Shown: positions 35,829 to 46,114 of the stretch, one piece after another | Layout of the letters: every line of letters begins with the position of its first letter | Position numbering within the stretch: position 1 is the first letter of the stretch | Origin: an uncultured Lachnospiraceae bacterium | Lineage (GTDB): Bacteria; Bacillota; Clostridia; Lachnospirales; Lachnospiraceae | Reading direction: 5' to 3' | Length of the DNA: 64,000 nt | Assembly: GCA_910584325.1 (NCBI GenBank) | Contig: CAJTZH010000001.1 | Coordinates: 12,328 to 76,327, forward strand | The notes under the pieces: model-generated | What the model was told of the DNA's origin: nothing | What the model saw: the letters and a program-made list of their open reading frames with translations, nothing else | The model's database searches: none | Made by a program: the position numbers and the translations under genes

Positions 35829-38153
35829 TTATATGTGAGTAACTATGATTTCACACTGTCCGGCAATTTGAATAATATTCTTGTATGCCGGGACAAAAAA
35901 ACTGTCGCCGCGGACAAATTTCATGGAATATTCTCCGTCACTGATTTCTCCTGAACCATCCACTACCATAATAGAGCGGAACGACGTTTCGTCCATCGGA
36001 AGTTTCAGTTCGTTTTTTACAACATATTTATTACATTCAAAATATTTACACTGAACAAGCATTGTCTTCTCGTTACCAAAACTGTCCTGTTCCGGTAAGC
36101 CATATTTTAATTCGCTGATTTCGTCCGTCCGCACAACATCAATCGCCTTATCAATATGGAGCTGTCTTGGTTTACCGAATTTATCCCTTCTGTCATAATC
36201 ATACATACGATATGTGGAGTTTGAGCTCTGCTGAATCTCGCAGATTAATATGCCGCCGCAGATTGCATGAATCGTACCTGTCTGCACATAAAAAACATCT
36301 CCTTTATGAACATACACCTTATTCAGCACTTCCAGAATCGTATTGTTTTTTATCCGCTCACGCAGCTCCTCTTTGGAAACAACGCCTTTTGTTCCATAAT
36401 AGATATATGCTCCCTCGTCACAGTCCATCACATACCACATCTCGTTTTTACCGTATTCGCCTTCATTTTTCAGCGCATACTCATCATCGGGATGAATCTG
36501 AATGGAAAGCGGATTCGCGGCGTCGATAAATTTAATTAATATCGGGAATCTGTCATAATGCTGACACTTCCACCCAAGCGCCTCGCGTCCGATTGCTTCC
36601 AGATAATCATTAAAATACATTCCTTCGTATTTTCCGCACGCCACTCTGCTGACGCCGTCCGCATGCGCGGACAATTCCCAGCTCTCGGCTATCACATCCA
36701 AATCGCATTTCTTTCCAAGCTCGTCGCGGATTCTCGTTCCTCCCCAAAGGTAATCCTTAAATGCAGGCGACAGCTTAATAAAATGCTCTTTCTCCGTAAC
36801 CTGCTTACCGAGGCGGATAACGTCGGAATCCTGAACTCTGTGTCCTACCGCCACTTCCACAATCTCTACATCTTCCAGCGTATTATTGCGCACCTTGTGG
36901 GGCGTTCCGATTGGAACGAAAATACAGGAGCCCATCTGATAATCTTTTGTTACCAGTTGTCCGTTTTTCTCTCCAAGAGTAATCGTAGGCGTTCCCTTTA
37001 CAACCGTCCACTGTTCTGAACGATACTCGTGTTTATGCAGTGAAAATTCCATTCCCGGCGACACGGTTACTTTTTTTACCTTGTAGCCGTCTCCCTTTTT
37101 TAAAAGCTCATGCTTTCCCCAGCTTCTGAATGAGACTGTATTATAATCAAAATAATCGACATACCGCTCATGATTATCCCGGATAATCGACTTAATTTCA
37201 TCAGAAGACTCTCTGTCAGTCACATATACGGCATCTTCCGTATTGACAACAACCGCGTCGTTAATTCCGTTTACAACGACAAGCCTGTTTTCCGCTCTGT
37301 TAATGACTGTGGCGTTACTGTTATTTTTGAGTACATTATCCTTATCATTTGCCTGAATATATTTCTCGTAAACGCGGAAGCTTCCGATATCTTTCCACGA
37401 ATAACTACAGGCAAGCAGATACAGCTTCCGGCTTTTACAAAGATATGCCTCGTCGATGCTGAGCGCCTCTTCATTTCGAACGTCCTTTTCTGAAATCACC
37501 ATATCCTCAAGGTCAAACTTCTCAAAAATATCTTTGCAGACCTGATACAGTCTGCTGCTGACAATCCTGATATCCTCCAGCAAAACGCCGGCATTGCACA
37601 TAATGATTCCTGTATTCCAATAACAATTTTCCATGTTCATTAACCCGGACGCCGTCTCTTCGTCCGGACGATATACAAATTTTGTAACGTACTCCCCCGA
37701 ACCGATGACATATGCAAATCTCGAACGCGCCCTTGCAGGCTTTATACCGTGAAGAATTATTTTCCCTGCTTCCACCAGTTTCTTAGATTCAATCATGTCG
37801 TTCTGATATTCATACCCCTCAATCAAAGCATCTGAACTGATTACCAGAATATCTTCTTTTTCGCCGCACGCCATCGCCGCCGCCGTAACAGGTATTGCCG
37901 TCTTCTTGCTGCATTCTTCCACAATAATCCGGTAATGAACTCCCTGCAGCGCGCGCATCTGGCTTTCTACAATAAATTTAAAGTCCTTGTTCGTAACAAT
38001 GATAAATTCATCACAGAACGTCATATTTCTTACTATATTTTCCTGAAACAACGAGCGGTTTTCACGAAACGGCATAAATTGTTTCGGATATTTCTGACGC
38101 GATAACGGCCACAAAGCGTCTCCTGTTCCCCCTGCAAGCACTATACACTTCAT
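35829..38153 (-). CDS. Fusion protein: mannose-1-phosphate guanylyltransferase + type II PMI cupin + class I phosphomannose isomerase
   Basis: N-terminal CIVLAGGTGDALWPLSRQKYPKQF; mid cupin KVKKVTVSPGMEFSLHKHEYRSEQWTVVKG; C-terminal class I PMI YLWGGTRIRDELGK...LSIQIHPDD...GKNEMWYV...IHAICGGILICEIQQSSNSTYRMYDYDR. Start at ATG 38153. Confidence 0.8.
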   Translation of the reverse strand: MKCIVLAGGTGDALWPLSRQKYPKQFMPFRENRSLFQENIVRNMTFCDEFIIVTNKDFKFIVESQMRALQGVHYRIIVEECSKKTAIPVTAAAMACGEKEDILVISSDALIEGYEYQNDMIESKKLVEAGKIILHGIKPARARSRFAYVIGSGEYVTKFVYRPDEETASGLMNMENCYWNTGIIMCNAGVLLEDIRIVSSRLYQVCKDIFEKFDLEDMVISEKDVRNEEALSIDEAYLCKSRKLYLLACSYSWKDIGSFRVYEKYIQANDKDNVLKNNSNATVINRAENRLVVVNGINDAVVVNTEDAVYVTDRESSDEIKSIIRDNHERYVDYFDYNTVSFRSWGKHELLKKGDGYKVKKVTVSPGMEFSLHKHEYRSEQWTVVKGTPTITLGEKNGQLVTKDYQMGSCIFVPIGTPHKVRNNTLEDVEIVEVAVGHRVQDSDVIRLGKQVTEKEHFIKLSPAFKDYLWGGTRIRDELGKKCDLDVIAESWELSAHADGVSRVACGKYEGMYFNDYLEAIGREALGWKCQHYDRFPILIKFIDAANPLSIQIHPDDEYALKNEGEYGKNEMWYVMDCDEGAYIYYGTKGVVSKEELRERIKNNTILEVLNKVYVHKGDVFYVQTGTIHAICGGILICEIQQSSNSTYRMYDYDRRDKFGKPRQLHIDKAIDVVRTDEISELKYGLPEQDSFGNEKTMLVQCKYFECNKYVVKNELKLPMDETSFRSIMVVDGSGEISDGEYSMKFVRGDSFFVPAYKNIIQIAGQCEIIVTHI

Positions 38154-38157
38154 AACA

Positions 38158-39036
38158 CTATCCCCTGTTCCACTGCGACCATTTCTCACGATATTCTTCC
38201 GCAGTCATTCCTTCATTTTTATTAAATAAATTTCGGAATAAATCTGCGTTACCAATACCCGACTCCGTTACAATCTCCTTAACCGGTTTTACCGTAAAGC
38301 GGAGCAATTCTTTCGCGCAGGTAAATCTTCTATTTAAAATGTAATCGCACAAATCTATACCGTATTTGTCTTTATATTCCTTATTAATGGACATTTCATC
38401 CATATTATTTTCCTGACAAAGTTTTTCAAAAAGATTTTCTTCCCGGAACCGTTCATTAATCTGTTCACGAAGTTTCGACAAATTATGTTCGCCTTTATGC
38501 TCTTTGATTTTAACAACATCTCTTATTATCATTGTGACAAGCTCCGTCAGAAACAGCGACGTATTTATCTCGCTCAGCTGATCCTTTTCATTCTGGATTT
38601 CCATAATTTTATCTACTATGTCTTTATAACTTTGTGCGTTGCGCATATGAAAATAGGAAACGTCTTCATTGTTCTGCAAAAAAAGCTGATAATACGAATC
38701 TGCATTATTTCCGTTAAAATGAACCCATGCCAGTTCCCACGGATTGTCCTCATCACTGATATGCTCGTACGGTTCCATACAGTTAATAAACGCACAGTCC
38801 CCCTCGCTGATATGATATACCGTTTCATTCGTCTTAACCGTTCCCGAACCTTTCAGAACGGCAAAAATAAGATAAGAATCCAGGTCGCTCCGGCTGCTGA
38901 CATGCGGTTTTAAACTTTTTAATTTACCCGCTTCCTGTATATATAAAAAATTTTTACGGGCAAAATCACTTGGTGTATGAAGAATTCTATCGGAAGCGGT
39001 GATATTTTCAGTTTCATAAAGCATATTATTATTCAT
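38158..39036 (-). CDS. AraC-family transcriptional regulator (cupin sensor plus HTH)
   Basis: 292 aa. N-terminal cupin-like region, C-terminal AraC-type HTH region (YILNRRFTCAKELL...VKEIVTESGIGNADLFRNLFNK). Confidence 0.8.
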   Translation of the reverse strand: MNNNMLYETENITASDRILHTPSDFARKNFLYIQEAGKLKSLKPHVSSRSDLDSYLIFAVLKGSGTVKTNETVYHISEGDCAFINCMEPYEHISDEDNPWELAWVHFNGNNADSYYQLFLQNNEDVSYFHMRNAQSYKDIVDKIMEIQNEKDQLSEINTSLFLTELVTMIIRDVVKIKEHKGEHNLSKLREQINERFREENLFEKLCQENNMDEMSINKEYKDKYGIDLCDYILNRRFTCAKELLRFTVKPVKEIVTESGIGNADLFRNLFNKNEGMTAEEYREKWSQWNRG

Positions 39037-39988
39037 GAACGTTTCCTCCTATCTTGGTTCTCCAGTAATCCAACGTCTCCCGTATCGTCTGTTCAATAGA
39101 AATAACAGGTTTCCATCCCGTCTCCCGGTTTATTTTTGTAATATCCGCTTCTATCACCGGAACATCTACCGGCCGAATCTTGTTCTTGTCAATTTCTACC
39201 GCAATATCGGCAGAGGACATGCCGACAATCATATCCAGAATATCCTGGATTGCCATTGCGTTTCCGCTGCCCACATTGTATGTTTCTCCTGCCGTACCCT
39301 TCATAACCAGCAGCGCGTACGCTCTTACCACATCGCGCACATCGGTAAAATCGCGTCTGGCGCTTAAATTACCAACATGAATTACCGGTTCTTTCAGACC
39401 CTGTTCAATCTCCGCCGTCTGCTTGCAGAAATCCGATACCACAAAAAGCGGAGCCTGTCCCGGTCCCACATGGTTAAACGCGCGTACCATCATCATCTCT
39501 ATGTCATATGCCTTCGCATAGATGCTGCCAATCATATTCTGGCAGGCTTTTGTCGCCGCATAAATATTTCCGGGCCGGAGTACCGTTTCTTCAGAAATCG
39601 GCGTCTCTCCCTCCTTGATATGTCCGTATTCCTCACCGGAACCGATAACAAGTATCCGCGGTTTATAGTACAGCTCGCGGACTGCGTCCATTACGTTGAC
39701 GCTCCCCTTAATATTGACATCAATCGTCATCATCGGATTCTTCCATGCTACGCTGACCGAACTCTGTGCCGCCAGATGAAATATATAGTCCGGCCGGATA
39801 TTATACAGCAGTTCAACAAGATCTTCCTTAGAAAGAATATCCAAATCATAAACCTGCGCCGACGGATGGGATAACTCTGTACCCTTTAACTTCGTAGCAT
39901 ATACATCCATATGAAATTCATCATGCAGACAGTCGATAAGATAACTCCCGACAAAACCGCCTGCGCCAATAATCAACGCTTTTTTCAT
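39029..39988 (-). CDS. SDR-family NAD-dependent epimerase/reductase, candidate GDP-4-keto-6-deoxy-D-mannose reductase (Rmd-like)
   Basis: LIIGAGGFVGSYL, HLAAQSSV, YAATKACQ (YxxxK). It lies directly downstream of gmd. Start at ATG 39988. The specific product (D-rhamnose, 6-deoxytalose or fucose) is not resolvable by eye. Confidence 0.6.
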   Translation of the reverse strand: MKKALIIGAGGFVGSYLIDCLHDEFHMDVYATKLKGTELSHPSAQVYDLDILSKEDLVELLYNIRPDYIFHLAAQSSVSVAWKNPMMTIDVNIKGSVNVMDAVRELYYKPRILVIGSGEEYGHIKEGETPISEETVLRPGNIYAATKACQNMIGSIYAKAYDIEMMMVRAFNHVGPGQAPLFVVSDFCKQTAEIEQGLKEPVIHVGNLSARRDFTDVRDVVRAYALLVMKGTAGETYNVGSGNAMAIQDILDMIVGMSSADIAVEIDKNKIRPVDVPVIEADITKINRETGWKPVISIEQTIRETLDYWRTKIGGNVHE

Positions 39989-40042
39989 TCTTTTTACCAC
40001 AAAAGGGAATTCCAAAGAATTCCCTTCTCCTGTCTTTCTATA

Positions 40043-41104
<1,062 letters not shown>

Positions 41105-41158
41105 TTATAATAAGTATACCATAAATTCATTTTTGTGTACATAGTGAATATATCAACA

Positions 41159-41199
41159 AAGGGTATTCCAAGGTCATTTTTGACCTATGAAATACCCTT
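41159..41199 (-). terminator. Long hairpin downstream of the GH73/DUF4214 gene
   Basis: AAGGGTATT...AATACCCTT outer stem with an AGGTCA/TGACCT inner stem. The U-tract on the minus strand is weak. Confidence 0.4.
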
Positions 41200-41211
41200 T
41201 AAAACGAAACT

Positions 41212-43491
41212 TTATTTGAGTCCGTACTGCGCCATAATTTCAGCAAACTCCGCTGAATCCGCGAAGCCGTCCAATACTTTCACACGGTTCTCACGTCCTG
41301 AATCAAGTATGGCAGTCCAACCTCTAAGACCTACTTCATCCGCTTCCCTGTCCATAAACGTACGATACAGTATTTTTACATATTCCTCGTTACTAAGGTT
41401 TTTCTGTTTAAACTCGTCCGAGAAGATAAACGACTGTGCCGCCTGCTTCGGCGTATTACTTCCGTTCAGAATAACCCGGCACCAACTCTCTAAGCCGTCT
41501 GTCTCATACTCTCTTCCAAGCGCCTGTCTGTAACATCTTGCAACAAACTTTGTTACACCCTCATTCTGGTCCCTTGCCTGCGACAATCCTATCGTTCCCC
41601 TGTCAATCCCGTATCCGGAACAGAGAATATCAAACTCCGCCGAATCTACAAACCCTTTAAAAACGTATTCTCTGGACAGGCCGTTCGACAAAATATTCAG
41701 CCAGCCGCTTTTTCCTACTTCGTCCGCACTACGGTCAAACAATGTCCGGTATAATAATTCCACATACGCCGCGTCGTCCAGATTTCTTCCCTTCAGCTCA
41801 TCGCTGAAAATAAATCCATACGCCGCCTGCGCTCCCGTATTCTCCCTGTTTGAAATAATATCCACCCACGAGTTTAAGCCCGCCTCGTCAGGCGTTCTGC
41901 CTAACGCTACCGTATACAGTCTCGTAACAAAATTAGTAACTGCCGTTCTGTCCACCGGAATAATCGGTTCCGGTTCTTCCGGCTGTCCGGGTTTTACACA
42001 GCGCGTTGACGGCATATTATTATATACTGGAATCTTGAATACAAAAACATTGTCAACACTGCCCGCATTTGCGTAAGCTCTCTTAATGCTTGCCGATTCG
42101 CTGGTCGGCGCCATAATATTCTGCATATACTGATGCGCGTACAAGCCATGATAACTCGGGTCAACATCAAATTTCTGAAGATACAGCGTATCCTGCCCCT
42201 TCAAAATATAATTCTGGGAAATTATCTGCGCGCCTCCATACAATGACGCGAATCTTGTCGTCCATCCGTAGTCCCTCGCTCTTTTGAGACCGCTGGTATA
42301 AATGGCTTCATTTGTCGCGCCGCTTGCTCCGATATTAAAGTAGTTATATAGTCCTTCATAACCACTGTATGTACCGGAAATCAACGGCGACGTTCCACGT
42401 CCCTGTTCCTGATACACACGGCATGCCAGATGAAACGGACTGACACCCAGAGAATTACCAATCTCCCAAAATGCATTGGCGTAAGTTCTTCCCTCGCCCG
42501 GTATTTCTCCCGCCATAAATGTCGAGTTCAATATATTCTGAACTGCCGGTTCTACATGGTACGATGGATTATACGTCAGCTGCTCAAACGCAAATATATT
42601 CGTATCATTCAGATAATTACGCGGGTCCAGATAATGCTTTAAAATCCCTTCCGACGCAAGGCTCCAGCTGTTACTGTAATACCCTCTAATCCATGAACTG
42701 TCCGAGTTTGCCGGCACAAGACTTCTGTCCTTGTACATCTCATTTACAACAACCTCGTTCCAGTCAAGATTTGTATTCATCGGAACAAACGTCCAGTTTG
42801 GATGGCTGTTCTTTAATTCGGTCAGAAACTTGCGATAACTGACCGGAAAATAATCTATATCCGCGTATCCCCGGACTTCAGGAATAAAAACTACATTTTC
42901 AGGCAGATACTGCTCCTCTGCCTGTATCAATGCTTCATCCGAAAATACCAGATATTCTTTCTGAATATACCCCGTATACCCGGAATCATTCAGACCAAAT
43001 TTCACTTCATACCATAACGTATTATCCGAATACTCGATTCCGGTAATCATCACAGTCTGACCAATCCCTACTGTAACTGTATTTTCTGCGCCCAAAAGCG
43101 GCGCCGTCTTTACATCATACGACTCGCACATATATACAAGCGCTAAAATATCGTGGTCGAAAGAAATTGCTTCCACTTCCCTGTCAAGCTCCTGTATTGC
43201 CAGTGTAATTTCATCCGGTTTCTCTTCTGTCATCACTGTTTCTTCTGGTACAACCGTTTCCTCCGGTATGACTGTTTCTTCTACCCCGCTCGGTTCTTCG
43301 TTCCCCTGCGTTTCCTCCAAGACCTCATCTTCCTGTCCTCCGTATGCTTCCCCCGGCGCATACGTCTCCTCCTGTACAGATTCTGCCTCCTGCGCGTAAA
43401 CTGTAGAAGGAACGGCTGCAAACAAAATAACTCCTGATAGCAGCAAAGATAACGCCCTGCACCATCCTTTCAAATGTTGTCTCTTAATCAT
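41212..43491 (-). CDS. Secreted N-acetylglucosaminidase-like (GH73-type) cell-wall hydrolase with three DUF4214 repeats
   Basis: 759 aa. Signal peptide ending VYAQEAE, an acidic linker, an SH3-like segment, glucosaminidase-like blocks (LDPRNYL, FAFEQLTY, SPFHLACRVYQEQG), then DUF4214 repeats (LYRTLFDRSADEVGKSGW). Confidence 0.7.
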   Translation of the reverse strand: MIKRQHLKGWCRALSLLLSGVILFAAVPSTVYAQEAESVQEETYAPGEAYGGQEDEVLEETQGNEEPSGVEETVIPEETVVPEETVMTEEKPDEITLAIQELDREVEAISFDHDILALVYMCESYDVKTAPLLGAENTVTVGIGQTVMITGIEYSDNTLWYEVKFGLNDSGYTGYIQKEYLVFSDEALIQAEEQYLPENVVFIPEVRGYADIDYFPVSYRKFLTELKNSHPNWTFVPMNTNLDWNEVVVNEMYKDRSLVPANSDSSWIRGYYSNSWSLASEGILKHYLDPRNYLNDTNIFAFEQLTYNPSYHVEPAVQNILNSTFMAGEIPGEGRTYANAFWEIGNSLGVSPFHLACRVYQEQGRGTSPLISGTYSGYEGLYNYFNIGASGATNEAIYTSGLKRARDYGWTTRFASLYGGAQIISQNYILKGQDTLYLQKFDVDPSYHGLYAHQYMQNIMAPTSESASIKRAYANAGSVDNVFVFKIPVYNNMPSTRCVKPGQPEEPEPIIPVDRTAVTNFVTRLYTVALGRTPDEAGLNSWVDIISNRENTGAQAAYGFIFSDELKGRNLDDAAYVELLYRTLFDRSADEVGKSGWLNILSNGLSREYVFKGFVDSAEFDILCSGYGIDRGTIGLSQARDQNEGVTKFVARCYRQALGREYETDGLESWCRVILNGSNTPKQAAQSFIFSDEFKQKNLSNEEYVKILYRTFMDREADEVGLRGWTAILDSGRENRVKVLDGFADSAEFAEIMAQYGLK

Positions 43492-43553
43492 CTTATTTCT
43501 CCCATCGTTGATTAAAATTTCTTTTTACGACAGTAAAATGTCGAATATTGTAC

Positions 43554-43596
43554 AAAGACTGTACAAAGGCAATCATACAACCTTTATACAGTCTTT
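43554..43596. repeat. 16-bp imperfect inverted repeat in the intergenic region
   Basis: AAAGACTGTACAAAGG, 11 nt, CCTTTATACAGTCTTT (one mismatch). TGTACAAAG also occurs as a direct repeat just upstream. Confidence 0.5.
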
Positions 43597-43632
43597 TCAA
43601 CATGTTTTTAATGGATTTTTTGTGAATATTTG

Positions 43633-46101
43633 TTAATTCAATCCAAACAATTCCAAAATTCCGGCAAATTCAACAGAATCCGAAAAGCCTTCCAAAACCT
43701 TCGCTCTGTCTTCCCTGCCAGAAGCAAGCACTTCCGTCCAGCCGGCAAGTCCCCCCTCGTCGGCTTCTCGTCCCATAAATGTTTTGTAAAGAACCTTAAC
43801 ATATTCCTCATCGCTTAGATTCTTATCCACAAACTCCTCTGAGAAAATGAAAGACTGCGCTACCTGCTTCGGCGTATTGTTTTTCTCAATAATCGCCTTG
43901 CACCATCCCTCAAGTCCGGAAACATCATACTGACGTCCCATCGCTTCGGTATAACATCTGGCAACAAACTTTGTAATATCGGCATTTCTGTTACGGTAAT
44001 GATTCACAATATCCGTCATTGTCTGATTTCCGGCAAAATTACCCGCCTCAATGCCGTAACTCTGGCATAACTGATTAAACTCGGCAGATAATGCAAAACC
44101 GCTGAATACCATTTCTCTGTCAACGCCGGCGTCAAGCTGGGATGCCCATGCGTTCTTGCCGCCTTCGTCCGATGCCCTGTTCAAAAACGTATTGTACAGA
44201 ATCTCAACAAAGTCCGCGTTTGAAAGACCGCGATTAATACATTCCTCACTAAATACAAATCCGTATCCCACAATCGCGCCGCAGTCATTATGATTCATCA
44301 GCTGGGCGGACCATGCATTCACTTCCTGCTCGGAAGGTGTTCTGTTCAACACATTTTGATAAATTCTCTGAACAAACGCGTCAACCTGCGGCTTTATCGT
44401 ATCCTCTGAAACAACCGTGACCATGCACTCTGCCGTAACGCCTGCGCACTGTGCCGTTATCACAGCCGTTCCGATTCCGGTACCGGTAACTTTACCATTC
44501 CCGTCAACCTGCGCAACTGAAGGGTTGCTGCTTGACCATGAGAGATCTGTATCCCATGCAGTCTCCGGAAGGATGTCAGCTTTTAAAATATCAGTGTAAC
44601 CTGCGGCAATCGTTGTATTGGTCTTGGACAATACAATACTGCTGACCGGCGTATAAGAAAACTTGCCCGGGTTAAATCCCGGAACAATCTCGTTCCAGCT
44701 CGATTTTCCCATTGTGGACAGGCAGGCAGCCGTATATCCCTGCCACTGCTCCGTATCCATATATTTAAATACATCATATGACGGTCTTTTAGTACCATTG
44801 TTATTTAACAACCCGAATTGGAAGCCTTGTGCTGCCTCCGCAGGCGTATCATTCAAACTCCTAAAAATCGCGGCGTCAATCATGTCGTCAAACTCAGCCA
44901 TATAATATGTATAGGCAAGAGCTGCCGCCTGTTTTGCTTCCTGTCCTCCTGTTACCGTAAAGCCCTGCTCCGAAAGGATAATTCTCTTGTCGCTGCCATA
45001 AGTATTTTTAATATAACGCGTCAGAACATCGAGATTATATCCCGAAATAAACGGTGTTGTAATATCCTTTGTCGTATAGCCGGAACTCCAGATATTTGAA
45101 TCCGTCATAATTGCCGGATACGGATGATATGCAAGATTCCAGTTCATTCCCGGCGCAATTTCAGCAAGTTTCGCAGCAAACGTATCAATAAACGTCTTAC
45201 CTGCAATTCCTCTCCCGTCGTCGTCATGTGTCCAGCTATGTTCAATTGAAATATATGCCTTCATATCCGCATTATATTTTCTGGCGTGTTTTTCCAATAT
45301 CTCACTGAGCAGCTTATACTGTCTCGCGTATAACGAAACATTCGTATTCAGGTCCAGCGTGCCGGTATAATTCCAATGATTCGGCATATTGACCTCATTG
45401 CCGAGAACCCAGTTTTTAATGTACATCTCATTCCAGTCACCGTTTTTTACGCTGTATGTTTCCGCGAGGAAATTCAATATGGCTTCAAACAGTTCCCTTG
45501 ACTCCGGGTCGTCAAGATTCCACGCATAATATGTCCTGCCGGTATCGCCTCTCGCACCGGCATAAATCATATTCGCATACTGAGCCCTGTATGGAAGCAG
45601 CAGTACAACCGTAATATCAATTCCCGCTTCATTAAACTGATGCGCCTGCGTTGCAAGTCCGTTAATATAGTTAAAATAATAGGTCTTTCCGTTATATTCA
45701 TATTCCACATAATGGTCGTCTTTTGTGCCGATAATATCAAGAAGATTACAATTGTATAATGTATGCTTCACTCCAAGGTCCTGATATTCGCTCTGAATCA
45801 GATTGGCTCCCTGAAGTCCCTTCTTTGATACGAAACCCTTGGACTGGACTCTTGGCATATCATAAGTCTCAGCCGGTGTTCCAAGATACCCGTAATCATA
45901 AACTTCTTCCCCCGGCACAAAACTGTCGTCCGCACTGTTCTGCTGCAGCGCGCTTCCTTCCGGCATCACAATCTGCGCGTCACTCTGCATTTCTTCCGCG
46001 TTCACCGTCAATCCGTTTGTAACCAGTGTGGATGCCGTCATAAGCACAGCCAGAAGCATTGCAAATATTGACTTCTTCGTTCTCTTACTGCTTTGTCTCA
46101 T
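43633..46101 (-). CDS. Secreted clan GH-A-like glycoside hydrolase with a Big_2 domain and DUF4214 repeats
   Basis: Signal peptide. WVLGNEVN (candidate acid/base NE) and ILSEQGF (candidate nucleophile). Ig-like VTGTGIGTAVITAQCAGVTAECMVTV. C-terminal DUF4214 repeats. Start at ATG 46101 after AGGAGGAAGG. Confidence 0.65.
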   Translation of the reverse strand: MRQSSKRTKKSIFAMLLAVLMTASTLVTNGLTVNAEEMQSDAQIVMPEGSALQQNSADDSFVPGEEVYDYGYLGTPAETYDMPRVQSKGFVSKKGLQGANLIQSEYQDLGVKHTLYNCNLLDIIGTKDDHYVEYEYNGKTYYFNYINGLATQAHQFNEAGIDITVVLLLPYRAQYANMIYAGARGDTGRTYYAWNLDDPESRELFEAILNFLAETYSVKNGDWNEMYIKNWVLGNEVNMPNHWNYTGTLDLNTNVSLYARQYKLLSEILEKHARKYNADMKAYISIEHSWTHDDDGRGIAGKTFIDTFAAKLAEIAPGMNWNLAYHPYPAIMTDSNIWSSGYTTKDITTPFISGYNLDVLTRYIKNTYGSDKRIILSEQGFTVTGGQEAKQAAALAYTYYMAEFDDMIDAAIFRSLNDTPAEAAQGFQFGLLNNNGTKRPSYDVFKYMDTEQWQGYTAACLSTMGKSSWNEIVPGFNPGKFSYTPVSSIVLSKTNTTIAAGYTDILKADILPETAWDTDLSWSSSNPSVAQVDGNGKVTGTGIGTAVITAQCAGVTAECMVTVVSEDTIKPQVDAFVQRIYQNVLNRTPSEQEVNAWSAQLMNHNDCGAIVGYGFVFSEECINRGLSNADFVEILYNTFLNRASDEGGKNAWASQLDAGVDREMVFSGFALSAEFNQLCQSYGIEAGNFAGNQTMTDIVNHYRNRNADITKFVARCYTEAMGRQYDVSGLEGWCKAIIEKNNTPKQVAQSFIFSEEFVDKNLSDEEYVKVLYKTFMGREADEGGLAGWTEVLASGREDRAKVLEGFSDSVEFAGILELFGLN

Positions 46102-46114
46102 TTCCTTCCTCCTA

